Source: Raillietiella orientalis
Taxonomy: Eukaryota
Reading direction: 5' to 3'
Length of the DNA: 64,000 nt
NCBI GenBank assembly: GCA_036172245.1
Contig: JAYWIR010000007.1
Location: 5,270,001-5,334,000, forward strand
Shown: piece by piece, positions 50,401 to 61,662 of the stretch
How positions within the stretch are numbered: position 1 is the stretch's first letter
Layout: the number at the start of each line of letters is the position of its first letter
Notes under the pieces: model-generated
The model's input: the letters and a program-made list of their open reading frames with translations, nothing else
What the model was told of the DNA's origin: nothing
The model's database searches: none
Translations under genes and position numbers: made by a program

Positions 50401-50995
50401 GCAGCACCCTGCCTCCCTGCTCCCTCCCTTCTGCCCTTGCCCTTCCCTCCTTCTCCTCAGCTGACAGAGGCTTCCCTTTGAATCATCGCGAGAGCGTGAC
50501 TTGGGCGGGTCGCTGCTGAGAGGGCCGGGGGACCGGGAGGGGTGGGGGTGGGGGGACGGACTTTGGGACAGGAAGAGGACCCGGTGCTCTTACTTCTTTT
50601 GCTCTTCCGGTCCTCCACGCGCGCAGCATACCCTCGCGGAAAGAAACGGCGAAGGGACTTTTCGGGGGGCAAGGGAGGTGGGAGGAAGAGGGGGGCTGGA
50701 GAGCGTGCCTCCTCGTTCCCCCTCCCGTCTATGGGAGGAGTCGGCAAGGCAGCAAGTCGCCCGCAGGAAATGGAGGGTGCCCGAGGAAACGGGAGGAGAC
50801 ATCAGCATCCCGCGCGCCAGAGGTACTCACGAAGGCGTGGCGCTCGTACGACTTCTTCAAGTGCTTGCTGGTCTCTGCGAGCAGCGCGGTGAGGTTCCTC
50901 GTTGCCAGACTGGGCGGTGGGTCGAAAAGGCCCCGGGCGATTCCAAAGAGGGCAGGCAGCAGGACGACGACGACCGCCAGCGCCTTCATCGGCAT
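35137..50995 (-). CDS. NOTUM: Notum, secreted palmitoleoyl-protein carboxylesterase (pectinacetylesterase family), 10 exons, 575 aa
   Basis: Exons 50995-50831, 50235-50138, 48540-48488, 48435-48340, 46492-46432, 41542-41381, 39132-38822, 38773-38635, 36803-36657 and 35632-35137 sum to 1728 nt in one frame, all GT-AG. Signal peptide, [39 protein letters not shown] (catalytic Ser), DSGWFLD, YDEAQL (Asp), CISH (His) and C-terminal [13 protein letters not shown] are all present. Confidence 0.97.
36657..36803 (-). CDS. NOTUM: Notum exon 9
   Basis: [18 protein letters not shown]...[15 protein letters not shown]; donor AG|GTAAGC. Confidence 0.95.
38635..39132 (-). CDS. NOTUM: Notum exons 7 and 8 (39132-38822, 38773-38635)
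   Basis: [11 protein letters not shown]...[12 protein letters not shown]...[35 protein letters not shown]. Confidence 0.96.
41381..41542 (-). CDS. NOTUM: Notum exon 6
   Basis: [12 protein letters not shown]...[17 protein letters not shown]...LILVGS; donor AG|GTAGGT splits the catalytic Ser codon. Confidence 0.96.
43830..44862. repeat. ~1-kb diverged foldback (long inverted repeat) with a perfect central 17-bp hairpin; possible foldback/MITE-like element or hairpin-RNA locus
   Basis: Nested reverse-complement blocks: AGTACTGAAGAACCG (~43840) with CGGTTCTTCAGTACT (~44838); GCCACCCGAGGGGG...TAACTCTTCAAGTTATAGG (~43908-43944) with CCTATAACTTGAAGAAGAGTTA...CCCCCTTGGGTGGC (~44748-44790); CCCCGAAGGGAACCCCTTCCTT (~44020) with AAGGAAGGAGGTTTCCTTCGGGG (~44654); ATTTCTTCTCC (~44069) with GGAGAAGAAAT (~44603). 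Centre is TTCCACCAGTGTGCCGC-8 nt-GCGGCACACTGGTGGAA at 44291-44332. Confidence 0.85.
44977..45026. repeat. Perfect 20-bp inverted repeat with 10-nt loop
   Basis: GAATCTTCCGATCTCTTTGC (44977-44996) and GCAAAGAGATCGGAAGATTC (45007-45026) are exact reverse complements. Confidence 0.9.
46432..46492 (-). CDS. NOTUM: Notum exon 5
   Basis: TTGCAG acceptor; [20 protein letters not shown]; donor GT|GTAAGC. This frame is absent from the ORF track. Confidence 0.93.
47385..47431. repeat. Poly-A run followed by (AG)n microsatellite
   Basis: Seen directly in Notum intron 4. Confidence 0.9.
48340..48540 (-). CDS. NOTUM: Notum exons 3 and 4 (48540-48488, 48435-48340)
   Basis: [44 protein letters not shown] with a 52-nt intron between. 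Confidence 0.95.
49610..49631. promoter_or_regulatory. Candidate Wnt-response element (TCF HMG site plus Helper site) in Notum intron 2
   Basis: CTTTGACATCAAAGAAGCCGCC contains a consensus CATCAAAG TCF site, an adjacent inverted CTTTGA half-match and a GCCGCC Helper-like motif 2 nt away. Notum is an established Wnt feedback target. Confidence 0.5.
50138..50235 (-). CDS. NOTUM: Notum exon 2
   Basis: CTTCAG acceptor; [20 protein letters not shown]; donor GG|GTACGT. Confidence 0.95.
50831..50995 (-). CDS. NOTUM: Notum exon 1 (signal peptide)
   Basis: [22 protein letters not shown] is a hydrophobic leader; 165 nt ending in TTC|GTGAGT, phase 0 matching exon 2. Confidence 0.8.
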
Positions 50996-53048
50996 CCCGT
51001 CATCCCGTCCGCCTGGAATACAAGTGGAGTATTCCGACCAAGGGCCAGGACGGAAGCCGGCATTCTCTGCGGGAGGAAGGAAGGGGTGTGTGATCCGAAG
51101 GGGCCTTGCGCCCATTCGCTTCGGACCACTTTCCGCATCCGGATCGGTCTGTGTGGAACGACAGCGGCGATCCCGGAGGGCATCCCGGGTGATGCCGCCG
51201 AGGGGAATGGAGCCAGTTCCCCTGAGGGCGGGGAGAGCACAACGGTAGAAGAAGGAGTAAGGAAAAAAACATGGGGTGGACGGGAGCGGGGGGGAAGGCG
51301 TCTCTCGGGAGGGCACGGGTTGCCATGGGCCCGGAGGGCCTGGTGCGAGAAACCTTCGCGAAGAGTGCGGTTCCCGGTGTGCGCACCCTCGGGAGAGAGG
51401 CCGCTTGCCGAGCTCCCTTCTCCCCGATGGTGGCTCCTGAGAACTCGCTCCTTGTCCTCCTTTCCGACGAAGGCGGTGGTGGTGATAAGGGAAAGATGAA
51501 GTTGTGGCCGGTAGCTCTCCTTTTCTCCCTTGTGTCCTGTTCTTCGTCTTCTGCTGCTTCCGGCAGCTTCTGGCCGTCGGCACGGCTTCGACCCTTAGCT
51601 TCGAAGGTGGATGCCGGATGACGAAAAGGACAGACGTGTGGATGACCGCAGGCGTTGGACAGTGGCCAGCCGAGATAACGCGTTCTTGCAGACGAGGTCG
51701 CAGGGAGCGAATCTGGCTCGGGAGTTTCTCCGCAGCCAGCCGCGCGACGACTGACCAGGCTCCTCACAGAATCGAGAAAGTTCGCGAAAGGGAATGTGGG
51801 AAGGGAGTGCAGGGACGAGTACGGAAAGAAAGAAATGCCAGGAAGGGAGCATCAGCGTCACGAGGTTCCCTTTGGCTCCCGGTCTGGCGGCGGAGGAGGG
51901 TACCTGCGTCCTGCTGCGGTTGTCCGGGGAGGCAAAAGCAGATCCAGAAAGGGAGGTAGGTAAGAATGGGGTGCACCTTCTCAGCCTGGAAGCCGCCTTC
52001 ATCCCGTGGATCCGTGGACCGCGATCCTCTTCAAGAGATGCTACCACCACCATCACCACCAGGATCGGAATGGGAACTTCCTTTGCATTAACGTGCCGCA
52101 CAGCCACTTCCTTGGCGAGCCGACGGGAATCACAAGGGACGGGAGCATCTCCGCGGCGGCCCCTGACGGCCACGGTGGATCCTTTCACCTCCGAACGCGC
52201 AAAAGCGCGGGTAGGGGAAGGAGGGAGGGAAGGGAGCAAGGAGTCCACATCGATGGGCGATGACCGAAAACTCACTCTTCGCTGTCGCCGCCGCCGCCAT
52301 GCATCCAAAACGCGCGCACGCATACACGCACGCACTACGCACGTAGACACACGCACGCACAGACACACGTATACGCACATCGTGTACGTGTCAGAAGCAG
52401 AAACCATTGTTCCACAGAGGAATGCACTTGCGACTGCTACGGCGAGGATTTCCCTAAAATCCATTGCGATTCGCGGCCGTCTCCAAGGAACCCACTTGTT
52501 GGAGGCGAGGCGAGTGCCTACCAACGGATTCCTTCTTTATAGCCAGTGATTTACAAAGCAAAGGTAGCTGCTTCGGGTGGCGTGACAGGATTTGGGACCG
52601 AGATAACACGAAACAGAAGCCAAAGACTGCCAAGTAATAATCAAGTGTACAAGCGTACTATACCTAATAGGAAAGCCGACATCAATTAGAACCGTGAATT
52701 ACGGTGGCCCCACTGGGATGGGTGCCGTTGTCATCGGAGATGAAAGCTTCACCGCCGGGGCGTTAATTCAGTAGAAATTGTTTTGTAATGACGATTCCTG
52801 ACAATTTGATGCGTCGTAGGAACGAATCATGGGAAAGGCGCTAGAAAACGTACGATTGATAGGAAGAGCAGTCGCAGCTTCCTGAAGCATTTTGGGGGGG
52901 CAGGAGAGGAGGAGAAAAGAAAAAAAAAGAAAAAGAAAAAAAGAAGCTTAGCAAGGTTGCGTTGCATCTGACATTGCAGACATTTTATAACATGGTAATT
53001 CACCGGCGGAACCTGAGGATCCCAAGAGTCAATGGTCAGAGTCAAAAG

Positions 53049-53054
<6 letters not shown>

Positions 53055-53082
<28 letters not shown>

Positions 53083-53103
53083 CAAAAACCAAAAAAAAAA
53101 AAA
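53055..53103. repeat. A-rich low-complexity tract
   Basis: About 49 nt almost pure A with three C interruptions; one of many homopolymer runs (for example A28 at 9590-9617 and C20 at 13692-13711). Confidence 0.9.
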
Positions 53104-56100
53104 CTTCATTTGGAAAACTTCAGCCAAAAGATGTTATCTGCAATCACCTTTCATGGGAAGGACATGTATACATGTGTATACGTTTGCGTGTCTTTTTTTC
53201 CTGCACATTTGAAAGCGTTTCTTATGAATGTGGGGGTGTCATAGAAGAAGGAAATCAGCATGTTATTTTGTTTTTTGTTTTTTTGTCATCAGCCAATTTC
53301 GGACGAGAACTCCTGTTTCTGGAAAAACACACCCTAAATGATACGTGTTCGTCTTCCTTGCGCCCCCCCCCCCCCCACCCGGTATGCAAAGAACGGTGTT
53401 TTCCATTAGGATTAGGAGTCGACCTTCCTCCCGATTCCATGAAGATTGCGAAAGATTTCTCTACAGGTCGCTTGTCCACGCGTAAGGAAAGGGAAAGTTC
53501 CCATTTCCTCCCATTGGTCCCCCCCCCCCCCCAACGATCAACCGTCCCGCTCCGGGGAGTTGTTGCATTGGATCACACCGGCCGCCGCGTATTCGGTCGA
53601 AGCGCTCATCGCCCATTTCGAGAAGATTCGTCTGCGCCCCACGGTTTCGTATGCGGGGGGGGGGGAATGTGCACAATCACGCTTGCCAAGGCAAACCAGC
53701 AGCATCGGACATTTTTTCGAGGAAGCGTACTGAACTGAGGTGACTGTGTAATTTGAACGTAATTTAATGATGGTTGTGAAACGCACAAGTGGCAGGCATG
53801 GAAAGTCGTAGAGAACGAAACTATCACACGAGGAGCAAAAAAAAAAAAAAAGGAAAAAAAAAAAAGGCAAAACCCAAGCAAAAAAGGAAAAGAGAAAAAA
53901 ACAAATAAAAAAAGCAAAAAAAAAAAGGCAAAACGAACCGCCGTTTTGCCCAAGTTTTGTACGTTGTGTGTGGCAGTGTGCTATCATTTGAAGAAGTTTC
54001 CTCGTTTCCGTGTAGATCGTAACGTGCGCATTCCGGGGACGTTTCCATCATGAATCCACGTAATTAAGTATCATTAGTGACGTCTTTTTTTCCTTTCCGT
54101 TCCGTCTCTGCTGGAGGTCTCGTGAAATTTGATGTTTTCCCTGATTCCCTAATCAACACAGTTAATTCTTCAATTATCTTTCCTTCTCTGGAATTGGGTG
54201 CATGCAAACTCGCAGGACTGAAAGTGCTACACGGGAATACGGAGCAGACGAAATTGTCCCAAAACCGAAATTGCCTTTTCGAATTCGGGAGAGGGGCGAG
54301 GGGTTCTCCAGCTTTGGAGCTGCCGTTTCGTTTCGATGTGAAACTGCCTTTCCTGGAAGGAAATGCTCCCGAAGCGGATGTGCGTAAGTGGCCGCGCACA
54401 CGCATACTTCCTTCCCCCCCTCCCCCCCGGGAAACACACACACACACACACAACGCAATACGAAGAACCGATTTCGTGCACCCATCGCGAAGGTGTTCAC
54501 AAATTACACGAGGAAGTGATCTTTTTGTTTTTCAAGCGAGGAGAACAAAAAAAAAAAAAAAGCCGAAACGAGGAAGACGGATGTGCGCATGACGCCCCGC
54601 GAAACTTGCGAGTGCGTAACGGGGGGGGATGGTCGGAGAGTTCCGAGTCGACCTAAATGAATCTTTCTTTAAAGGATGCGGAGACCCTCTGTTTCACGCT
54701 ATTTGCTCAGCAAGGTAATCTTTCTTCCCATCCTTGATTGATGATCCCACTTTCCTCACGGCAGTAATTTCCAACTTCTTTTTGCCTCTTTTTTTTTTTT
54801 TTTCCTTTCTTTTCTTTCTGCGTGTGCGTCGGCACGCACCGAGTTCTCAAGACCTCTGGGTGCAGGACGGGACCCCCCCCGTCCTTCTCCCCGCTTTCCG
54901 TCCTGCTCGCATCCAAGATGGCGTCGCACCCGTCGGGGCGCGCGGGTTCCCAGTGCCGCTGTTACGAGCGCGCGCCGATGCAAGCGTCGCTCGCGCGCGC
55001 GCTTTCTGGGGACGCTCGCACGAGGAGCGTAGAGCGCGGGCACGAACGCACGCACGCATGCAGGAGCGCCCCTGGCGGCCTTGCCTTTGCAACGCCCCGC
55101 GTGCAAAAGGCGGCGCAAAGAGAAAGACGGTACTCACGAGCTTCGTCCACGCGTGGGAGGACGGCCCTTCCTTTCGGGAACGCCGCGCTCGAAGGAGCCC
55201 TCTGCAAGAACTCACGGGTTGGGTCTATCGAGGCGCCCTGCCTTCTCCCCGCCGCGGCTCCTTCTCTCCCCCCCTTCCTGGTTCCGCTTTGCTTCTCCTC
55301 TTTTTCTTCCTTTCTTTCCTTTTTCTTCTTCATCTTCTTCTTCTCTCCTCCCCCCCTCCCCTCTCGGCTTTCGCTACGCGGCGGCGGTCTGCCCGTGACA
55401 GCTTCGTGTCTTCAAGGGAAAGCAGAATGCCCTGACCAAGGGGACCCCAGCCCGGAAGCGGACGAAGCCCCCTCCCCCCTGCTCCGCACCTTTCCCGCTC
55501 TGTCCACGTCTACGGGGGGAGGAGGAAACGCTGGTGGAGCGGAAGGAAGGCGCACAGCCGCTCTTCCCCGCCGAGCGGGGAAGAACAAGGATCAGGGCGA
55601 AAGAGAACCGGGAATCGTCTACCCCCGGATGCGCCCTCTTTCTTTTTTGCATCCCCCCCCCCTCCTCGCTGCATGCATTTCCTCGCGACGGCCCGTCGTG
55701 GGGATGTCGCTGCAGCGAGAGCCACACACGCACGAGGCCCCCCTCTGGCGAGGAAACAAACGCGCCGCTTTCTGGGACCGAAGGGCCAGAATCCCCTCCC
55801 CCCCCCCTCCAAAGAAACACCGCCCCCTGGAGGAAAGGTAGGAGGGACGTCCGCAAGATTGACCCTACCCGCGAAACCGCCGGGTTGCCGACTCCCTCGC
55901 CGGGGGCGGGAGGAAGACGTCGGGAAGGGGTGATCGCGCGCAGGCCCAAGCTGCAGGGAAGGAGCGGGAGAAATTCTCGCTCCCCTCTCTTCTTCCCGGC
56001 AGCCTCTCCCGGCTGACGGGTTTCCGTTTGGCAGGTGAGACGGGGGAAGGGCCCTCCCCGCCATCTCACTCTCTCAGGGCCCTGGGCATCTCCTGAGCGG

Positions 56101-59100
56101 CCGGCCGGCCGCCTTCAGCACTCCCGCGACGCCAGGGCGGGCGCAAAGGGGGACTGCCCAAGTCACGGCCCAAGAAGAGGGGGGCTCAACAGGGCTGCCG
56201 ACCTCTGCCCGATGCGCGCATTTCATGAGTGCCTCGAGGAGACGCAACAGCGATGCGCGCACGCCCGGACCCCCGCCTCCGAGCAAAAGGGAAGGGCCCA
56301 TGGCCGGGGCGAAGGAGGCGTGCCCTCTCCTCCTCCCGCCCGCGGGAAGGCGAGCGTCGGAAGCGACCGCGACCCGCGCGGGACTGTCGCGCGCGACGGG
56401 AAGGAGGAGAAGGGCAATGAGGGTCACGGCCGTGGGCGGGGCGAGGTGCGTCCTCCCCCTGCCCCCCCCCCTCTTCCCTGGGCTCCGGGGGCGTTGCGTG
56501 CGAACGGAGGGAAGGGGCGTGTGCCCTCCAGCACGCGCCCAAAGGGCCACAGCGGTATCCCTGCCGGTCTTCCTTTCACGCGTGCCCCGGTTGCAGCGGC
56601 GACAGGAGGCGGGGAAGAGAAGAGGTAGCCTTCCTGCTCATTCGCATGCTCCCCCCTGGCCCCAGTTCCCTTTTCGCGGTAGGCTCCGCAGAGCATGAGC
56701 CCATTGCAACCCGAGCCTCGAACTGAGGTGGTGAAGCCGGGTAAGAATCGAACCGAGGACCGCGCGCAAGCGCACGGGGAAGAGGGGCCGGCGGGCACGA
56801 TGCCGGCACTGGGTTTGGTTCTCACGGAGTGTAGCGCCACGGAAAATCCCTTCCTTGACACGTCCACGGCGGGCGGGAAGCTGCATGGCATTCCGGTGAG
56901 TTCCCTAGCGGACCCGACTCGTTCCCGTGCCGGGCGCTCGCTAGTCGCATTCGTCCCGAGTTTCCTTGTTACTCGGAAAGCAGCAGCAAGAGGCTTTTGA
57001 ATGGAGAAACTGACGGACCCCGTCGTATGCGCGAAGGAGAAATAACCAGGGTGACCAGATGATTCCGAGTGAGCGGTCACTTCTGGTTCCGGAGAAGCGA
57101 AAAGTGAAAGGTCGAAACGCGACTCGTCATGAAAAGTGACCGCCATTTTTTTCTCGGTTGTCTGTCGGAGGTCGAAGGCTCTCGTTGGCAAGGTTCTGTC
57201 TGTTGCACGCCTCCCTGGAGGGAATCGACTCGAACAGGGTATGCTTTGCCACCTCCGGGGGTCAAATAGCGAACCGCATCGACGGCGAGCATCTTGACGA
57301 CCCGCTGACATCGGCGCAGCCCCACCTTCCGCCCGTAGCATCCCGTAGAAAGTTTCCAACGGGTACGCAAACTACGCCCCCCTCCCCTCCCCCCCGACGA
57401 CCGGAGTCATCCAAATGGCTCACAAGCACGCGGATGACCTTCCTCCCCTCCCCCCTTTCTTTCCTTTTTTCCAAAAGTAGTTCGTGTATTCACAAAAGCC
57501 GATCCGGGGACCTGCCACATCGGAGAAATCCAAATCGGCTGCTCCGGATCTTGCCGGACAGGCGACCGGGAAGCCCCGTTCCGCGGAAGACAACATGCGA
57601 TGGCGGAAAAGGGCTCCCCCATCTATAGAACGCATCCGCGTACTCGAACTGTAAAGACGATTTAGATACATCCTAAGACATAAGCAACAACCTCTAAATC
57701 CCAAGGAACACGCGATGCCTACTGTTGCCAAGCGACCCGGAAAAAAAAAGTGTCTCGCGATCTATCATCCCAGCGAAACTGTCGCGTGCGCGGTTTATGG
57801 GATGCCGCCGAGCCTGAAATCCCCTGGAATAACCGGAAATGCACGTGGGATAAACGAAAGTGGGCTGCGCGCAGGTAGCGCGCGCGCTCTGAAAAAACTT
57901 CTCAATGCTACACGTACGATGGGCGACCTATAATTACGCACTCTACGCACTCATCGAACGGTCTTTAATGGATTCCTTCTGTTCGGCTGCTCTTCATGCG
58001 CACAGCTGGTGACTTCCACTGTGATTCCCCTGGGTGAAGTGAGCAATCAAAGCTATGCAAACAGGTTCAACCCATGCGGTAGCTCACTCTTCGAAAGATA
58101 GGAACGAAGTGGCTATTAATAAGATGCTTTGGGACATAACGAGAACCGGAAGACAACGTGGTTCTCGAGGATCTGAGTTTCAATGGCTCTTCCGTTTCTT
58201 TTCTCTTTCTTTCTCTAGTGCACAGGAAAAGCTACATTTGGCAATGATGTCACACGTAGATACCCCAAAATTCTGGGATAGGAAATCACAGAGTCCCATC
58301 TCTTTACAGGATCGTCCAGACGAAGGTGAACAACACTTATAAAATAGCCGTGCTTCCTTGATCCGGCTGTTTCTCCGTTTTTCTCTGGTGGCGAGAAGTT
58401 TCCGTGGTCACAGCTTCGCCCAAGACCGAGTCGAGGTGCAGTGATCTTCCGGGAACGGACTTTCCCCAGGAGGTACCTACTAAGTGGACACATTTCCTCG
58501 CTACGAAGGAACGAGTCCACTTTAATGCGCACGTCAGCACCGTTTAGGGACGGATACAAAAATTTTCTCTGCAGATTTGGGAAATCGTTTCGACCCAATA
58601 GAGCCTTGGAGGTAGGAAAAAAAAAAAAAAAAACACGCTCCCAAATTGATCCGATCTTCGTTTTGTCTTGTATGAACTGCACTTAGTCGAGATCGCCGTT
58701 GTTTTCCATTGGTAATGAATGTACTCGAAGTCCTTTCCTATTCTGCAGGAAAAATCCTGACATTTCACCTCAAGAGAAGGATTTTCCGGATTCTCTTTAG
58801 TTCTCCTGCCCTCGCAACTCACATGCAGTTTGGAATTCATATTTATGTCAAGCATGTCCAACAGACGGTGTGCCCACCCGATCTCCTCGTGGTCATCCTC
58901 TAGATCCAATCCTCAGGAGACTACGAGTGTTGGTCCTCCGTTCATCGGGAAATCTTCATTGGATCAACGAATAGAAATGGATCAGATTTCAACTACGATT
59001 CTCGAAATTGTGCTCTGCGGCTTCCTGGATAGCACAAGACGAAATTTCACTTTTTTTTTTTTTTTTTTTGATCCTAGAAAGCGGACCAAAGGAAGACATC

Positions 59101-60368
59101 GAACAATCAGAAGGCGGAATCACTTGTTTATTCACAATTGGAATCCCCCCCCCCCTCCCCGCTCCCCTTTGGAGATTGAAATGCTTCCAAATGTATTAAC
59201 GGGAGCGATGCATTGGTGGATTTCGTCAGGGCTTTCGATTATCACTGATGGTCTTCGCACCCACTCTAACGCGAAAACCACACGACCACCCGCCTTACAC
59301 GGAACGATGCGAGAGTGGAAACTGCCCAAGCCTTTCATAACGTGTGGATAGACGGGAGAACTTCTTTTCTTTCTTCCCTTCCTGGAAGCGGCTTGTCGAG
59401 GATCCGCAATCGGGACTGGACGGTGCGGCAACGCAAATTGGGGGCGAGCACACGTCGGCAGTGCTGGTGCAGCGCAAGGCGTACCGCAACACCACGGCAA
59501 GTAGGGGCAGGTGAGCGACCACACGGAGGGAGAGTGCGGGTGACGGTAGCAGCCGCAAGACAGGACGGGTGGGAGCGACGATCCCGAGCCACGCGGCTTT
59601 CACGTCAAGGGCACGGAGGTGCTCCAAGTCTTTGCGATGCCGCGGAAAACACACACAAAAGTGGGAAACCCAGGCTCGTTGCCGGGAGCAGCTTAACGGA
59701 GACGCAAGAAGGTGACTGAGCATGTGGAAATGGGAAGATCCGCGCGCAAGTGGCCTCGCCGAAACCGCGGCACCGTAAGGCGGAACAGCCTCCTAATGAT
59801 CGTACTTGCGGAGGTCACAATGAATGTCTACCTGCTGCCTGACAACTTCCGATCGCAAAGGTGGGGTAAACCAAACAACTCGTTTATGAAAAGGACAGAT
59901 CGTTTAGATACATCCAAGTGAAAACAACCCAAGGAAAGCAAATCTCCTTTACCTACATTTCATGTAACCCAGCATAGTCGACAGTACGGGTGGCAGTTCA
60001 AAAATCCAATCCTACTTGGTTTGTCCAACCCACAACGAGTATACAAAAATACGGCAAACTGGTTTGCATTTTAAGACTATCTTCTTTGCACCTGCCTAAG
60101 ACCTAACCTTTGCATCTGGTTAAGACTATCTTGTTTTTGCCGACAGCTTTGTTTTCCGTTTTCCAAGTACATGGCCCTCCAAATTGCCATGATCAAATTA
60201 TTATCTGCATGGGATATATGCTTAAAATAAAAACTATTTGATGGTAATGATTAAAACTTTACTATCAACTTTTAAAACATACTCCAGATATCACTGAACA
60301 TGGACCATCTTTTCCCAATAAAATATTAAATCTGTTTGCTTAAATTTACTTGATAAAGATTTGTACTA

Positions 60369-61662
60369 TCATAAATCTGTTAATAATGCTTCATTTATCT
60401 CTTTCACCATTCGAATTCTATTTAGCATTTTGTTAACTGCTTCTTTTGAGAGAGGCTGCTCTGAATACCAAACTGGATTTTCTGGTAAACATGACTTTTC
60501 AGGATACAAATAAAATATGCTAGATTTTAATTTTACGCTCTCAGGACTATGAAAAATCAATAAGCATTCTCTAAAATAATAAATCTTACCAGCGAGACAA
60601 ATAAAACTCAAACAGTTTCACAGGGCAACGTAAAGGTTTCTCAAAGTTTTCTGGTTGTTCCCATGTTTTTGTTTCTTTATTGTCATTGGAGGGGTGATTT
60701 GGACAGTAACGCAGTACATAAGTTTTTGTTTTGCTAATGGCATTGTTTGCACTCGGTCTGTTTGCTTTGCAACACTTTGTGATGTGTCGGAAAGAAAGCT
60801 GACAATGTTCCTCAACAGTCTATCAGATGATGAAGCCAGTTTACCAAAACACCAACCATGATGTTCTTACCCGAAGTCGGAAATATTTGGTGTTAAAATA
60901 AAGCAGCGTATGGAGAAGCACACTTGGTGAGGTAGCTCCAAGTTGCTTACATTCCCAAAGATGTTCTTCTAGAATTCTTGTTATAATATAACCACAGTGA
61001 ACAGCTTCAGCTGCCTGTTGCATAAACTTCTGACTAATTTCATCCAAACAGTCTGTAAATTTGGCATAGACAGTATCCAAAAAGATATTGTCACTTCGCC
61101 CATTTATTGTTAAGTACTGCTGTAAACCTGCAAAGTTAATAGTAGTCATTTAACTTCATGAGACTTATGATCCGTTTAATTCATTTACCAAGGCACAGAT
61201 AAAAGATGCTATCTGGGGCATATTCCTCACCATCGGGTTTTCGCACTTCTTTCACAAAGAGGCACAGCAAGTAACTCAATTTTTCTGGAGTCATCTGCAG
61301 CATATCGCTACGTAACTGTTTCAGCTTGCGACTACCACTGCTGATAGCTTTCTGGATATCAGAATTTTTCTGCTGAACCCATTGGCGCCATGCCTCCACA
61401 CCATAATTAAATTTTAACTGAACTTCAGCACGCTGGCTATTTGCTTCCAAGGATTCCACATAGTTTCCGAGGTGCTCTGTTTGCAACCGTTTGTCAGCTA
61501 CATCAGCAACTGCTGAAGGAGGATCACTCATTTTCCTTTTTCTGGAGGTAGCAAGTTCATCTGATAAGTAATTAGTTCCATCTGTCATCAGATTTTCACC
61601 AAAAGGTTGGGATGGTGAATCCATTATATCCTTGGTGCACTGCAGTGCCATTTTATCCTTTG
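60369..61662 (-). CDS. ZMYM C-terminal (DUF3504) exons: 61662-61189, 61127-60871, 60819-60590, 60546-60369
   Basis: AG/GT-bounded, phase-compatible exons with introns of 61, 51 and 43 nt; translation follows the ZMYM/Woc C-terminal consensus. Confidence 0.9.

Noticed and set aside
53000..53103. Retroposon poly(A) tail
   Set aside because: No upstream element, polyA signal or target-site duplication; similar A runs are common throughout the GC-rich domain.
33483..57628. Many long overlapping ORFs (up to 397 aa) rich in R, P, G and S
   Set aside because: Expected in stop-poor GC-rich DNA; they overlap in several frames, run through homopolymers and microsatellites, and show no domain. Only the Notum exons are supported.
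60071..60133. Repeated TTAAGACTATCTT downstream of ZMYM
   Set aside because: Two short copies only, with no spacer-array structure; not CRISPR-like.
25720..60369. Operon of three co-oriented minus-strand genes
   Set aside because: Intergenic gaps are about 9 kb each, far larger than in trans-spliced operons, and the genes have no shared pathway.
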